NCBI GenBank assembly: GCA_964016885.1
Contig: OZ024744.1
Location: forward strand, 96,968,001-97,032,000
DNA length: 64,000 nt
Reading direction: 5' to 3'
Source: Eledone cirrhosa
Taxonomy: Eukaryota
Within the stretch, counting starts at the first letter, position 1. Each line of letters begins with the position of its first letter. The translations under genes and the position numbers were made by a program. Below, one piece after another: positions 11,701 through 23,199 of the stretch. Below the pieces are notes generated by a model. It searched no databases. It was not told the origin of the DNA and saw nothing but the letters and a program-made list of their open reading frames with translations.

Positions 11701-12148
11701 GCGCCCGGGTAGGGACCCCGCCAAAAAGATCTGTCCCAGATGCGTGTGCGACGAGGAAACCGTTGCACACGCATTAGTACACTGCTCGGGCGTAGCCGAT
11801 CTGTGGGGCTATGTCGAACAACTGCTGTCAAGGGTGGGACCAATCCGGTTGACCACCGAGTCTATTGTAATGATCAAGCCGCCTCCCCCCTTCAAAGATG
11901 AAGCAGAGGCGGTGTTTCTGTGCGTAATAGCCATGGCGAAAGAGGTTGTATGGTGGACGCGTCTGAAAGGACTGAGGTCGGGCACCTTTCTCTCTGGCCA
12001 ACAACTGGTCCGTTTCTTCCGATATCATTTCGGAAGAAGGATCAGGATGGAGAGAGAGGTGCTGCACCCCAGCCGTTTCTATGAAAGATGGGTGAAAGTG
12101 GCGAGAATGGCCCGTGTGAATGGGCCTTCACTCTACATCAGACTATAG
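8711..12148 (+). CDS. LINE ORF2: AP-like endonuclease + reverse transcriptase + C-terminal zinc finger
   Basis: APE motifs LNARG, GDWN, YLDRF, SDH. RT motifs KSPGLDG, FRPITLLN, DQSKAFD, QGCPLS, YADD. C-terminal CPRC..EETVAHALVHC. The ATG at 8711 is in a CCAACATGG context; the reading frame is open from 8687. Confidence 0.95.
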   Translation: MAMLRVGCLNARGLGSTWKQAMLLNDLRSQRIDVMVICEARISNVRQLAPTFDDFEMHASLCQPGGGGGVVVLLQKHLGLATQMVHLDPEGRLVVLDLGSGKGGAFRLVAAYGPFGSMRPDFFHRLETFLGTSRSLLLVGDWNGILDARWDYVGACPDREGCNSLKGLIGRFDLADRYRLDFPTAPTWTWANRSGSSRSYLDRFLVRIKDKDFLSCPKMRIVGYSDHKLVTCMVNLDRTHRQGPGYWKLNLSLPASRAYRNRISTLVKERLTGAIVNSRWWVSLKREIRVVSIEFSKVLAADRNRKERELIDRVEEAIRSGDVARVLASRTALSQFFDAKHEGCVVRSKIRALGNEGTKAVSWARVTEANSGTKSTIRSLRDLDGRAILEPKQMCEAFQRHFARLFGRGGEPVGNVDFGPYLDGLPRLSDREAKSCEEPISAAEIEDVLSQCGKRKSPGLDGLPYELYLAMPDLFPDLLEAVYCNWQQNGRIPCTVTKGVVTLVRKDENKGDEISNFRPITLLNTELQILAKVLAKRLALVVGKLVGDAQTCAIPSRSIHDNLHLMRYIIERVGNEPGFGGALINLDQSKAFDRVDHGYLDAVLAAAGFGPVFRGWITAMHSSRICSRVKVNGYLSEPFKIARSIRQGCPLSSLLYVLTLEPLLRKLELLQGIPLEPGLRKAVSAYADDVTVMVSTASEIEAVGTLLEEYEKFTGAKLNRDKSIGLQLGTWRGRPMPSDSVVGRWTEGPVKLLGVWFGPDLQVEKNWAEVTNRVFALTQKWASCKLSLKGRAEVANTYIASVIYYRLTVVPCPRETLTKMERALFQFLWKRRAPMVRRSICCQHPSKGGLGMPWLMMRKHALRLRHLYVFLTGQPVWASFMRRTFPRLVSLTELQSWVKQRPRKLGAWHTACAQALTALWQADPVISGDSTATFYRGLVRSRCDDALGEALDMEEDELASLFGRTFSPGPMDNFQKSLAWQCYRGALPVRERLYRHGRPGRDPAKKICPRCVCDEETVAHALVHCSGVADLWGYVEQLLSRVGPIRLTTESIVMIKPPPPFKDEAEAVFLCVIAMAKEVVWWTRLKGLRSGTFLSGQQLVRFFRYHFGRRIRMEREVLHPSRFYERWVKVARMARVNGPSLYIRL

Positions 12149-12553
12149 GTGAGGAAGATGAAAGACCAAGGGAGCACCCCTTCTCTGTGCTCCTGAGGAG
12201 AAGGGTTGCACACTTTTTTCGGGGGTGTGTGCGACCCCCCAAGGCGCCTCCTCTCTATTGAGGATTTTGTTAAAAATTTTATTTTTTGTTATATCTTATT
12301 TTATTTTTATATTTTGTTATTGCCTCCTCCTTATTGAGGACGCCTTTTTGTGTAAACTCCCCCCTTTGTACTTGTCCCACTTTTGATGCCCTAGTGGCAA
12401 ATAAAAGAAATATATCTATCTTTCTCTCTCTCTCTCTCTCTCTCTCCCTTTTCCCCCTCTCGCTATCTTTCATAATATATCCCTTCTTTATTGGTAAAAG
12501 TCTTATTTGCATTTCCCTCCTACTGGCGTTATTATTTGCACACAGGGCGGTGG

Positions 12554-12735
12554 TTTGGCAGTATCAGTAGAGGGTCGGACGTCATGCTATGACGCATACA
12601 GTTACGGCCCTTTCCATTCTAAGTTCAAATCCCGCCGAGGTCAACTTTGCCTTTCATCCTTACGGGGTCGATAAAATAAAGTACCAGTAATGTACTGGGT
12701 ATTTGATGGCCTTGTGCCAAAAGTAGAAACAGTTA
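12554..12735 (+). mobile_element. tRNA-derived SINE (dominant family)
   Basis: Same A box, B box and body as 5950-6110. Confidence 0.85.
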
Positions 12736-13012
12736 TTATTTGCACACTTGTTTGCACTGCATCCTGTCTTCTTTCCAGTCAAAGGACAATCACTTGTTTC
12801 TATGCTATCGTGTTGTCTTATACGCATGTTTCCGCCGGCTTGTCGTAAGCTGTCGGGCAACTTCGCCTCAATATTATGCAATGACACCCTTATGAAAGCA
12901 GTTGCATTTTATGGCGGCGTAGCAGAAGTGCAAGATATGCAGTCTTGTTCATTCGTCCTGCACGTTTCGTTAATTTTATGTGCATCATTGCTATATATCT
13001 ATATATTATTGA

Positions 13013-13055
13013 TTGCCCTGATGAGTCCTTAATAGGACGAAACATTGTTGGCTAA
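13013..13055 (+). ncRNA. Minimal type I hammerhead ribozyme
   Basis: TTGCC-CTGATGA-GTCCT(TAAT)AGGAC-GAAA-C(ATT)G-TT-GGCTA: intact core, perfect 5-bp stem II, GUU cleavage triplet, and a short GCC/GGC stem I. Confidence 0.85.
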
Positions 13056-13199
13056 TAAAGACTTTTGATGTATTGAAGGCTTCTTTGTTTTATTTTCATA
13101 ATTCTTCGGCTCTGTTTAATTACATTGAGCTATACCTTTTACTGTCATTTCTATAATACGAAGAGGGTGTTTAACTCCAACAGGCTCCAGTATTTTAAT

Positions 13200-13310
<111 letters not shown>

Positions 13311-13391
13311 TGTGTGTGTATGTGTATGTGTATGTGCGTGCGTATGTGTATCTATGTGTGTATTTATGTGTGTATCTATGTATGTATCTAT

Positions 13392-13797
<406 letters not shown>

Positions 13798-13944
13798 GCA
13801 GCGCGCCGTTCGAAGCACTCAATGTGTGTATCGATGTGAATGGGTCTCTATGTGTGTGTTGTGTGTGTATGTGTTTGTGTATGTGTATGTATATGTGATG
13901 GTATCTATATGCGTGTTTGTCTCTCTCTCTTTCTGTATATCTCC

Positions 13945-14705
13945 GTGTGTGTTTGTTTGTGTGTATCTGTGTGTGTTTGCTGTTTGTGTGTATCTGTGTT
14001 TGTTTGTTTGTATGTATCTGTGTGTGTTTGCTGTTTGTGTGTATCTGTGTGTGTATGCTGTTTGTGTGTATGTGTGTGTGTTTGTTTGTGTGTATCTGTG
14101 TGTGTTTGCTGTTTGTGTGTATGTGTGTGTGTTTGTTTGTGTGTATCTGTGTGTGTTTGCTGTTTGTGTGTATGTGTGTGTGTTTGTTTGTGTGTATCTG
14201 TGTGTGTTTGCTGCTTGTGTGTATCTGTGTGTGTTTGCTGTTTGTGTGTATCTGTGTGTGTTTGCTGTTTGTGTGTATGTGTGTGTGTTTGCTGTTTGTG
14301 TGTATCTGTGTGTGTTTGTTTGTGTGTATCTGTGTGTGTTTGCTGTTTGTGTGTATGTGTGTGTGTTTGTTTGTGTGTATGCTGTTTGTGTGTTTGCTGT
14401 TTGTGTGTATGTGTGTGTGTTTGTTTGTGTGTATCTGTGTGTGTTTGCTGTTTGTGTGTATGTGTGTGTGTTTGTTTGTGTGTATCTGTGTGTGTTTGCT
14501 GTTTGTGTGTATCTGTGTGTGTTTGTTTGTGTGTATCTGTGTGTGTTTGCTGTTTGTGTGTATGTGTGTGTGTTTGTTTGTGTGTATCTGTGTGTGTTTG
14601 CTGTTTGTGTGTATCTGTGTGTGTTTGTTTGTGTGTATCTCTGTGTGTTTGCTGTTTGTGTGTATGTGTGTGTGTTTGTTTGTGTGTATCTGTGTGTGTT
14701 TTGTA
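13945..14705. repeat. GT-rich compound minisatellite
   Basis: Alternating GTGTATCTGTGTGTGTTTGCTGTTT and GTGTATGTGTGTGTGTTTGTTT units. The long ORFs over it are artefacts. Confidence 0.9.
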
Positions 14706-15026
14706 TCTCTGTGTCTGTATATCTGTATGTGCATGTGTGTCAACTATAACAAGCTAGGATCTGTGCACATATAAACTCGCATATCTGACGAGATGCTGAA
14801 GAAGAGTCGGGCCCTGTTTGTTTGTTAGTACAATCGTAGTATGACATTAAAGTTTGTACATAAACTGCAAACTGACTTCGATTCTACTTATTCTATATAA
14901 ATCTTATGAGGTTATATTTTAACTCGACTTTTTCTAGTCATAGTTACCGTTGGCTTTTTTCACGGCTACTCCGTGATTGACATTCTTACAATTTGTGCTA
15001 TTACACACACACACATATACACACAT

Positions 15027-15114
<88 letters not shown>

Positions 15115-15495
15115 TAGGGAGTGTAACTTGGAGTTACTGTAGGTTCACCTGGGTGAGCACTCGATGTTTATGTTCACTTCTGTGTCGAGGTGTAGAGCTA
15201 GACAGAGTGTAATATATTGAAAAGATAACAAGGACGATTGGTTACTCCTTCATTACATTTATTGGTAGCTGACGCGCGTTTCGCCACTGATTAGCTCAAG
15301 GTTCGATCTGTATCGATCTTACCCGACTCTATAATCCGCAGCTCGACGGACCCCTTAAAATGCTAGTAGAAAATGAATACATGCTATATGGTAAAGTCAG
15401 AAGAAGTTCATATGTTGGACAATAAGGATTGTTTTGATTGGTGGAATAGATCATACGGATGTTTTCGCGTGCAGTGTATGTGGGGGTGGATATGA

Positions 15496-15550
<55 letters not shown>

Positions 15551-16257
15551 AAAGAATAGAGGTGTAACACACGAGTTATGATATATTGGTAAAAGGAAAA
15601 GAAAATGCTGACAAATTGTTCTCAGTGAATCACAAGAATGTTTGCAACACGAATTGGCGCGAAACTTATTTTAATACATCTGGAGCCTCTTTTTTCACAT
15701 AAAACAGGTAGAATTTCCAAATACTATAAATACTATAAAATACTATAAAGTAAAGCATGTCCAGATGGAATTGCTTTACTTTATAGTATTTTGCTCTGAT
15801 TATTTAATTTATTAATTCTTCATTGAGCCACACAGTGAATGGTTACCAAAACACATATATATCTGTTACTTTGTTTAATTGGTGTATGTGTAAATATTTA
15901 TATGTGTAGAGATTTATCCTTAATAGCATATCTCAAAATACGAACGAAACCATGGTAGGGATTTAGTGATTTAATCCTGGTATGTATATAAGCATTTCTA
16001 ACTTTAATTTTATACCTAATTGTGTATGGTTGAACGTATATTTAATTAATTAATTTCCACGTGCTGTTGAAATGTTGTGTAGATATTTTATAGCGGTTGG
16101 CCGCGAAGAAGCTGCTATGGTATATTTATTTACTGTTTCTTCATAGGTGCCTTTAATCTTATAGCCTGGTCTAATTGATTTTTTGTGTGGTTAATTATGG
16201 TATTTGGGAAAAGAAATGATGTATATATATTATCAAATGATTCTATGGACTTGCTTT

Positions 16258-16305
<48 letters not shown>

Positions 16306-16449
16306 AATCTTAGACAGGAACAAAAACAAAGAGGCAGTACAAATATTAGTTTATTAGGTAACACTTGAGGGTTAGATATGTAGTAGTAGAGCACTCAGTC
16401 CATGGTACGAGTTTGGTAGTAGTAGTAACACAACAGTCAGTTCAGCATA

Positions 16450-16490
16450 CCGGGAACAAATATTTCGCCTTAGTCGGATCTTCAGCTCGG
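16450..16490 (-). ncRNA. Minimal type I hammerhead ribozyme
   Basis: The minus strand reads CCGAG-CTGAAGA-TCC(GACTAA)GGC-GAAA-TA(TT)TG-TT-CCCGG. Stem I has one mismatch and stem II is weak. Confidence 0.6.
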
Positions 16491-16843
16491 TCTATATATA
16501 TATATATATATATATAGACCACGGTTCTGAGATGAGGAGGCCACAGATCATGGGAGTATTCAATGCATGAGAAGATGTAGAGTGATTGTAGACACAGGTA
16601 TAAGACCGATCGCCACGACAAGCAGTTTCGGCTTGTGCGTTCTGACGTGGCGGTCGGCGTAACACCTGTCTCTCTCTCTCTCTGTATGCGTTTTTTTTTT
16701 GTGTGTATGTATATATATATATATATATATATAGTAATAATAATAAATTTGAAGACTAAAATCCAAAGAGGGCTCGATCAGGATAAATATATTTCAAATA
16801 TATAAGAACCATAGAGCAAATATTTATTAAAATAACAAATTAA

Positions 16844-16894
16844 AGTTTAAGCAAAGAATCGCTGCTTTCACCCTTAACGGGATCTTCTAAAACT
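16844..16894 (-). ncRNA. pLTR hammerhead, core mutated
   Basis: AGTTT-TAGAAGA-TCCC(GTTAA)GGGT-GAAA-GCA(GCGATTCTT)TGC-TT-AAACT. The stems are intact but CTGA has become TAGA. Confidence 0.7.
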
Positions 16895-17909
16895 AACAAA
16901 GTCAATCTGTGAACGCAGAAGTGAATATTTCAAAAAAACGTTGCAACCGGAGGAAGACAGGAAGACGATACTTTGGTTCGTGGAAACGTTCCCTGGCAAA
17001 GAACGGGGGAAAAACGAGTATAATACGTCATTATTTGGAGCAGTGAAAAACAATTACAAGCAAAGACAAAACCACGTTTATGGTATAAAAGAAGTCGTAG
17101 ACAAATATTCTATTATGTGGTTCATAGAGACGTTCTCAGGCAGTGAACGGAAAAAACGAAGATAATACGTCATATGAGAAAGACAAAACCACGTAAATGG
17201 TATAGCTGAAGTCGTAGACTAAAATTCTAACTAGGAAACCGAATGATTCTCGGCTTCAGAGTTAAGAATAAAGTAAATAAAATACAGAGGTAATTGAAAT
17301 AAATACATACACGCATTCGTATACGTACATACACAAGCATACGCGAAAACACTCGCCATAGGTATACATATACACGCACGTAGATAAAAAAAAAACACAC
17401 GCACATACAGAACCCACTCAATGCCTGTACCCACACACGTACGAATGTATACACCAAATACCCACAAAAATATACATTAAAATATATATATTAATATATA
17501 TATGTGTGTGTGTGTGCGTGTATACATATAATTAAATAAACGCACACAAACAAACAAATACGTATACAACAAGCGCACACACATACCTACATGTAAATAC
17601 ACACATGTTCAAAACACGAAGTACACATATACACACACCCTACATACGCACGAACCCGCATATTTACACAGAAGCAAAACATATACACGTCGATAAGGTA
17701 TACACATAACCAAAAGCATATGTACCAGAATATATAATATATACGCCATAACACATACAATCAAATATACGTATGAGGAAGTATACGTACCTTCATAAAA
17801 CATACAGGTAATATATACTTACCTATACAAATAAGTAACTGCACAAACACAACATATACTTAGCTACCACACCAAGACGTAAAATATCCGCGTATAGTTC
17901 GTACTTCCG

Positions 17910-19986
17910 CTAGGGTATAATGTGTGGCTGTAATACAGGAAAGTTTTGTGCAATTTGTTTACAAGCCGAAATTGCCCCAGACTTTTTGTTTAAGATGTGG
18001 TCTTTTGCGCAGTGTATCTCCAGAGCCCCAGCGACGCAGAGGCCACATGGTCCTCCACTTCCGCTACACGATCCAGCCCTAGCAAGGATCTCCCAGTGTA
18101 ACCCACACTGGGTATGGTTGTCTCCTAGACTCCAGATATAAGCTGAAAGTGACGTCATATTTCTTCTTAAAGGGTAACGAAAAGAATGGATATGCATCTA
18201 AAGACGCTGCCTGAATCTATTGGCGGTTAACCCTGTGTAGGCCTTACGGGACGTGGGTGTTTCAACCTTACATTTGTAGACAGTGTTACTAGAGAGGCAT
18301 TTCCCGGATAGGGGGCAGTCAACCCGATTCCTACAATTACAGTCGGTACTACCTACACGGTTGCACGTGTTCCCACGGCTAGGCAGCTTAGCTAAATCTG
18401 AAGCTGTGATGTTATGTGCAAGGCCAGGAGTCGTAGAGTAAGAAATGTTAATAGTATCTCTATTAAAAATTTTACTATGTTTATGTGTAGGGGGAAAATG
18501 CACCATAATAAGGGAAAGAAAGATCTTAGCTAATGGTGTGGGCACCTTTATATTATATGGTGGGTTATACCGGGATCTATTTCTTCTAGGTCTATTCTCG
18601 TACTCTGTATATGCTACCTTATCGACAAATCCACTCCGAGCAAGAGCTTCCTTGTAATATGTGGAATGGTCGTTGAAAATATGCTCGTTAGTAGATAGAC
18701 GGGAAAGCCTCAAAGAAACGTTTCTTACCAGGTTCTTGGTTAAGCTGGCAGGATGGTTAGAAAGCTTACTTATGTAATTAAGCGTATCATTCGGCTTTCT
18801 ATACGGGTAATGAAAGCCATTCGATAAACTGAGGGTAACGTCGAGGTAATTAACGACAGAGAGGTTGGCCGCAACCTGTATGGTGAAGTTGAAGCCTTTA
18901 AAGAAGGCTGTGAGTTCTTTTCTGAACCTGTCGCAAGCACGTGGGCCGCACTTAGTCATGGTCAAAAGACCATCATCACGGTACAAACCACCGCCCATGT
19001 TGGGGAATTCTTCCTTGATAGAGAAAAAAGGAAAAGGCCGATAAGATCAGTAACCTCCGCAGAATCGCTGGTGCCCACACTCACGTCGAATGGGGATTTT
19101 TTAATCCAAATAGAGTCGTCGAAATTAATCACCGACTTACGGGCATTAAAGATGACATCAACTTCGAAATCCTTAACCACTGTGAGTGTTTTAGAGAAAT
19201 TGATAGCTCTAAGGAGAAGTGGTAAAGTGATGGAGGAATAGTAATTGTTGATGTCGAATTGGATAAAACGGCAATGTTCCTTGTTGCATATGCCATTGAA
19301 CTAATCAATCACCGGGAAAGAATTGTTCCACAGTGCAAGAGGGGCCAAACTTCTAATTTCAGGTATAATTCTATCAAGAATCCTTTTACTAAGTCTACCT
19401 AAATCGGACTTCGTAGGGTTAATAAGCCAAATAGGAGGGTTGTTCGGAAAATTGGATTTGTGATCCTTCAGGGTAAAGTGGAGAGAAATAGGGTCCAGAG
19501 GTTCAGTCCGGTCCAGGATGTTGAGATCAGAGGTGATTTTAAACCCAGCATCGTTGATTTCATTAATGACGCTCCGATTAGTTTTACGGTAATCCTTAGT
19601 TACAGCATTATGTAGGAGTTGATGGTAAGTACTGCGCTCAACTTGATATAGGTTGCCAGTTTTGTCGGAGTGGACGTGCACAAACGAATTCTATTCTTCA
19701 GGTCCTGCTGGAAGGAATTGCTCCTATTCCGAAATTTGATACTCCGTATGAGTTCCAAGACATCATTTTCGAACGGTAGCAATGCTGGGTTACTCGGAGG
19801 GTTATTATAGGTTTAAATCCAAATTTATTTGTTGTCTGCTTTTCCCTGATTATCGAAATAAAAGGCACGCCAACGCAACCTTTTAATGAACGCGTCTGTT
19901 TTCTGTATCAGGAGTTTTAGGTATGTTTTCCTGCTTGGTACGGGTATGTCCTTTGTAGAAATATTCAGATGTTGTTTCTGCATGAT
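17910..19986 (-). pseudogene. PLE RT-GIY-YIG endonuclease ORF broken by stops and frameshifts
   Basis: Fragments in order: STKDIPVPS..LIQKTDAFIKRLRWRAFYF; DKTGNLY, KDHKSNF, LINPTKSDLG; GGLYRDDGL, NYLDV, YRKPND..Y...SNHP; CNCRNRVDCPLSGKC..VYKC..YTGLT; TSLSAYIWSL..WEIL..CGLC. Confidence 0.9.
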
Positions 19987-20536
19987 GAATAGAGTGCTCA
20001 ACCGAGGGAGCCAAATAGTAATATTAATAAATTTGAAGACTAAAATCCAAAGAGGGCTCGATAAGAATAAATATATATCAAAAATATATATATATATCAA
20101 ATATATATCAAATATATATGAACCGTAGAGCAAAATATTATTCTTAACTCTGAAGCCGAGAATCATTCGGTTTCCTAGTTAGAATTTTAGTCTACGACTT
20201 CTGTTATACCATAAAAGTGGTTTTGTCTTTGCGTGCAATTGTTCTCCCCGCTCCACATATGACGTATTATCTTCGTTTATTCCGTTCATTGCCTGAGAAC
20301 ATCTCTATGAACCACCTAATAGAATATTTGTCTACCACTTCCTTTATACCATAAACGTGGTTTTGTCTTTGCGTGTAATTGTTTTTCACCGCTCCTATTA
20401 ATGACGTATCTTATTCGTTTTTTCCCGTTCTTTGCCAGCGAACGTTACCACGAACCAAAGTATCGTCTTCCTGTCTTCCTCCGGTTGCAACGTTTTTTTT
20501 AAATATTCACTTCTGCGTTTACAGATTGACTTTGTT

Positions 20537-20587
20537 AGTTTCAGAAGATCCTGTTAAGGGTGAAAGCAGCGATTCTTTGCTTAAACT
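20537..20587 (+). ncRNA. pLTR hammerhead in the inverted 5' copy, core mutated
   Basis: AGTTT-CAGAAGA-TCCTGTTAAGGGT-GAAA-GCA(GCGATTCTT)TGC-TT-AAACT. Confidence 0.7.
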
Positions 20588-20829
20588 TTAATCTGTTATT
20601 TTAATAAATATATATATATTGTGAAGGCTGATTTGTTAGAGAGCTGGGTTCTCAATCGTGAGTTTATCAGTTCGATTCTTGGACCAGGCGATGCGTTATC
20701 TCGTTTATTTCACGTTGGTCCTTATACCTGGAGTTGCGATCGATAGATAGTATTAGTAGTATTAGCAATTGAAAAGACCAACGGAAACATTGTTTCCTCG
20801 GGTCGGTTTTACGAAATTCGATCGACTGC

Positions 20830-20875
<46 letters not shown>

Positions 20876-20880
<5 letters not shown>

Positions 20881-21081
20881 AACCAGTAAGACCCCGACAG
20901 CTGAGCTCAAGCCGTTTCGACGGCTAATTCTGGACGCTAATTCAGTCCAGAATTAGCCGTCGAAACGGCTTGAGCTCAGCTGTCGGGGTCTTACTGGTTC
21001 CTATTATCCACTCTACTACCTCAAGTATTGAGTACTTTGGTGCGTTATGGTCCACCTGGTTCCTTACCACATTTCCTTCGT

Positions 21082-21083
<2 letters not shown>
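20876..21083 (+). mobile_element. Family-B fold-back element retaining the 3' half of a hammerhead
   Basis: Palindrome 20876-21004. Each arm reads ..AGCCGTC-GAAA-CGGC(TTGAGCTCA)GCTG-TC-GGGGTC. The tail is shared with 26428-26508, 60587-60667, 4395-4465 and 41150-41210. Confidence 0.75.
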
Positions 21084-21114
<31 letters not shown>

Positions 21115-21187
21115 ACATACAATTATAGTAATAATAGATGTGAACATTAAAATCCGAAGAGAGCTCTATAGGGATTATAGATATATG

Positions 21188-21234
<47 letters not shown>

Positions 21235-21247
21235 ACTTTGATAATTG

Positions 21248-21359
<112 letters not shown>

Positions 21360-21400
21360 ATATATATTAGACAATTATCAAAGTTGTGTTCAAATCATTT

Positions 21401-21452
21401 AATAGCTAACAATCGTTTCTTCCAAACTTTCATTTGGAATCATCGGAGCATT
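21401..21452 (-). ncRNA. Type I hammerhead, one core substitution
   Basis: The minus strand reads AATGCT-CCGATGA-TTCCAAA(TGAAAG)TTTGGAA-GAAA-C(GATT)G-TT-AGCTATT, with a perfect 7-bp stem II. Confidence 0.7.
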
Positions 21453-21561
21453 ATCAATGTTTGTACATATAATTAACCTCCTATCAACTGAACAATCATA
21501 TAGATACATATATATTAATGTTATGAGCAACAGTTTCGTATTTACAGGGTGTACTGGATGC

Positions 21562-21609
<48 letters not shown>

Positions 21610-21976
21610 GCATCCAGTGGTGAACCTCAAACCTGAATATATATATATATATAAAACCCGTAGAGTTATATATATATATCATATATATTAAAACAATTTG
21701 TCTGTAATATACATTACATTTCGATAAACTTTGAATCTAATTTAGAGAAGCTTGTAAATAAAATTATAGTAATATCTTAAATAAGGTGCAAATTAACCAG
21801 CCGGAAGACCTCAGTAAAGTACTTTTAAATAAACACACTTTTTTTAAAAAGAACTTTAGAATAAAGAAAGTTGTTTACTATGTTTTTAGTTTTACGCATG
21901 CGTACAGTATTGTACATCATGCTGGATCGTTATACGTACGTAATGTTCAGCAATAGGCATATATACATCTTTTAAA

Positions 21977-22105
21977 TAATTGTTTCTACTTTTTGGCACA
22001 AGGCCAGCAATTATTCCAGTGTATTACCGGTACTTTATTTTATCGACCCCGTAAGGATGAAAGGCAAAGTTAATCTCGACGGGATTTGAAGTCAGACCGT
22101 AAAGA
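21977..22105 (-). mobile_element. tRNA-derived SINE, 5'-truncated
   Basis: Same body as the other copies. Confidence 0.8.
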
Positions 22106-22382
22106 GATTTTTTAAACAATAATAATCAGAACCCTTTCTGAATATCGACCAGTTCTGGCAGAACGAACTATCTTTGATTAATACAAAATAGTCAATTCTG
22201 TTATTTTGCTCGTAAAACTGTAGTAAAGGAAAAATATGTTGAGCCCTCTAGCTATAGGTCGCTTAACAATTAAGCTACCTCTAGGGTGAGATACTTGTGA
22301 AGTTTCTTTATATTATAGTACTTTACTGAGAACTTCCACTTCATATCTCTCACACGCATATCTCTCACACGCTCTCTCCCTC

Positions 22383-22521
<139 letters not shown>

Positions 22522-22600
22522 ATGTGTATATATAAATATATATATATTTTATGTATATACTCACATGTATACACATGTAGTTATATATATATGTACATGT

Positions 22601-22680
<80 letters not shown>

Positions 22681-23199
22681 GAAATTAATACAAAGAGTTT
22701 AAAACCGTTAAAACATGTTTATATAATAGTGCGCCTACGTACGTGTCGCCCAGAATGGGTTATCAAGGGCATGGAAAGCAAAATAATGAACAATATAGGA
22801 CCCAGGAGGGAATTCACGGTTAAATTAACATCATCGTTCATTCTCCCCCTCTGTGCATGTGTTTTTATTATCACAGAGCAGAGGGAGTAACTCTGGCCGG
22901 TGGTCAAACAATCAGTCCCATATGGATTTTTATACCTGTTCATATGCTGGTGTTTAGCATCTTTATATTATGTGTGTTGTTTCACTAGTGCCAGTACAGG
23001 TCGGGTCTGGGATGTACATTTATTATTTAGTAGATGTTGCTTCAATAATGTTTGTTCGAGTATGGTCTGCGGTGTACATTTGGTTCACAGATGTTTGTTC
23101 ATACTGCCTGCCCACCGGGGTGTTATGGTTCGGGCAGTGGGACCCAGTTCATAGTTTTCATGTCACAGTCGCCTCCCAGGCAAAATACGATGCCTGTAC

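Larger units (their letters stand above)
6693..12412 (+). mobile_element. Apparently full-length Tx1/L1-clade LINE inserted in a (TC)n/(TCTA)n microsatellite
   Basis: Two uninterrupted ORFs, a ~210-bp 5' UTR, and a 3' UTR ending AATAAAAGAAA. TC-rich repeats lie on both sides. Confidence 0.9.
16731..20610 (-). mobile_element. Penelope-like retroelement (Naiad-like), near full-length, with 3' pLTR and inverted 5' pLTR
   Basis: 16731-16822 is a direct repeat of ~20016-20137, and 16822-17270 is an inverted repeat of 20138-20610. An RT plus GIY-YIG coding region lies between them, with (TA)n flanks. Confidence 0.9.

Noticed and set aside
14780-14820. CTGACGA and CTGAAGA in tandem
   Set aside because: There is no downstream GAAA or consistent stems.
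15266-15345. Minus-strand GAAA-CGCGCG-TC hammerhead 3' half (related to ~40595-40655)
   Set aside because: I found no intact CTGANGA or stem I partner, so it was not counted as a ribozyme.
17910-19986. Selenocysteine recoding, reported for some Naiad PLEs
   Set aside because: The stops I checked (18198-18200 and 19301-19303) are TAG, not TGA, and frameshifts are present. This is ordinary decay.
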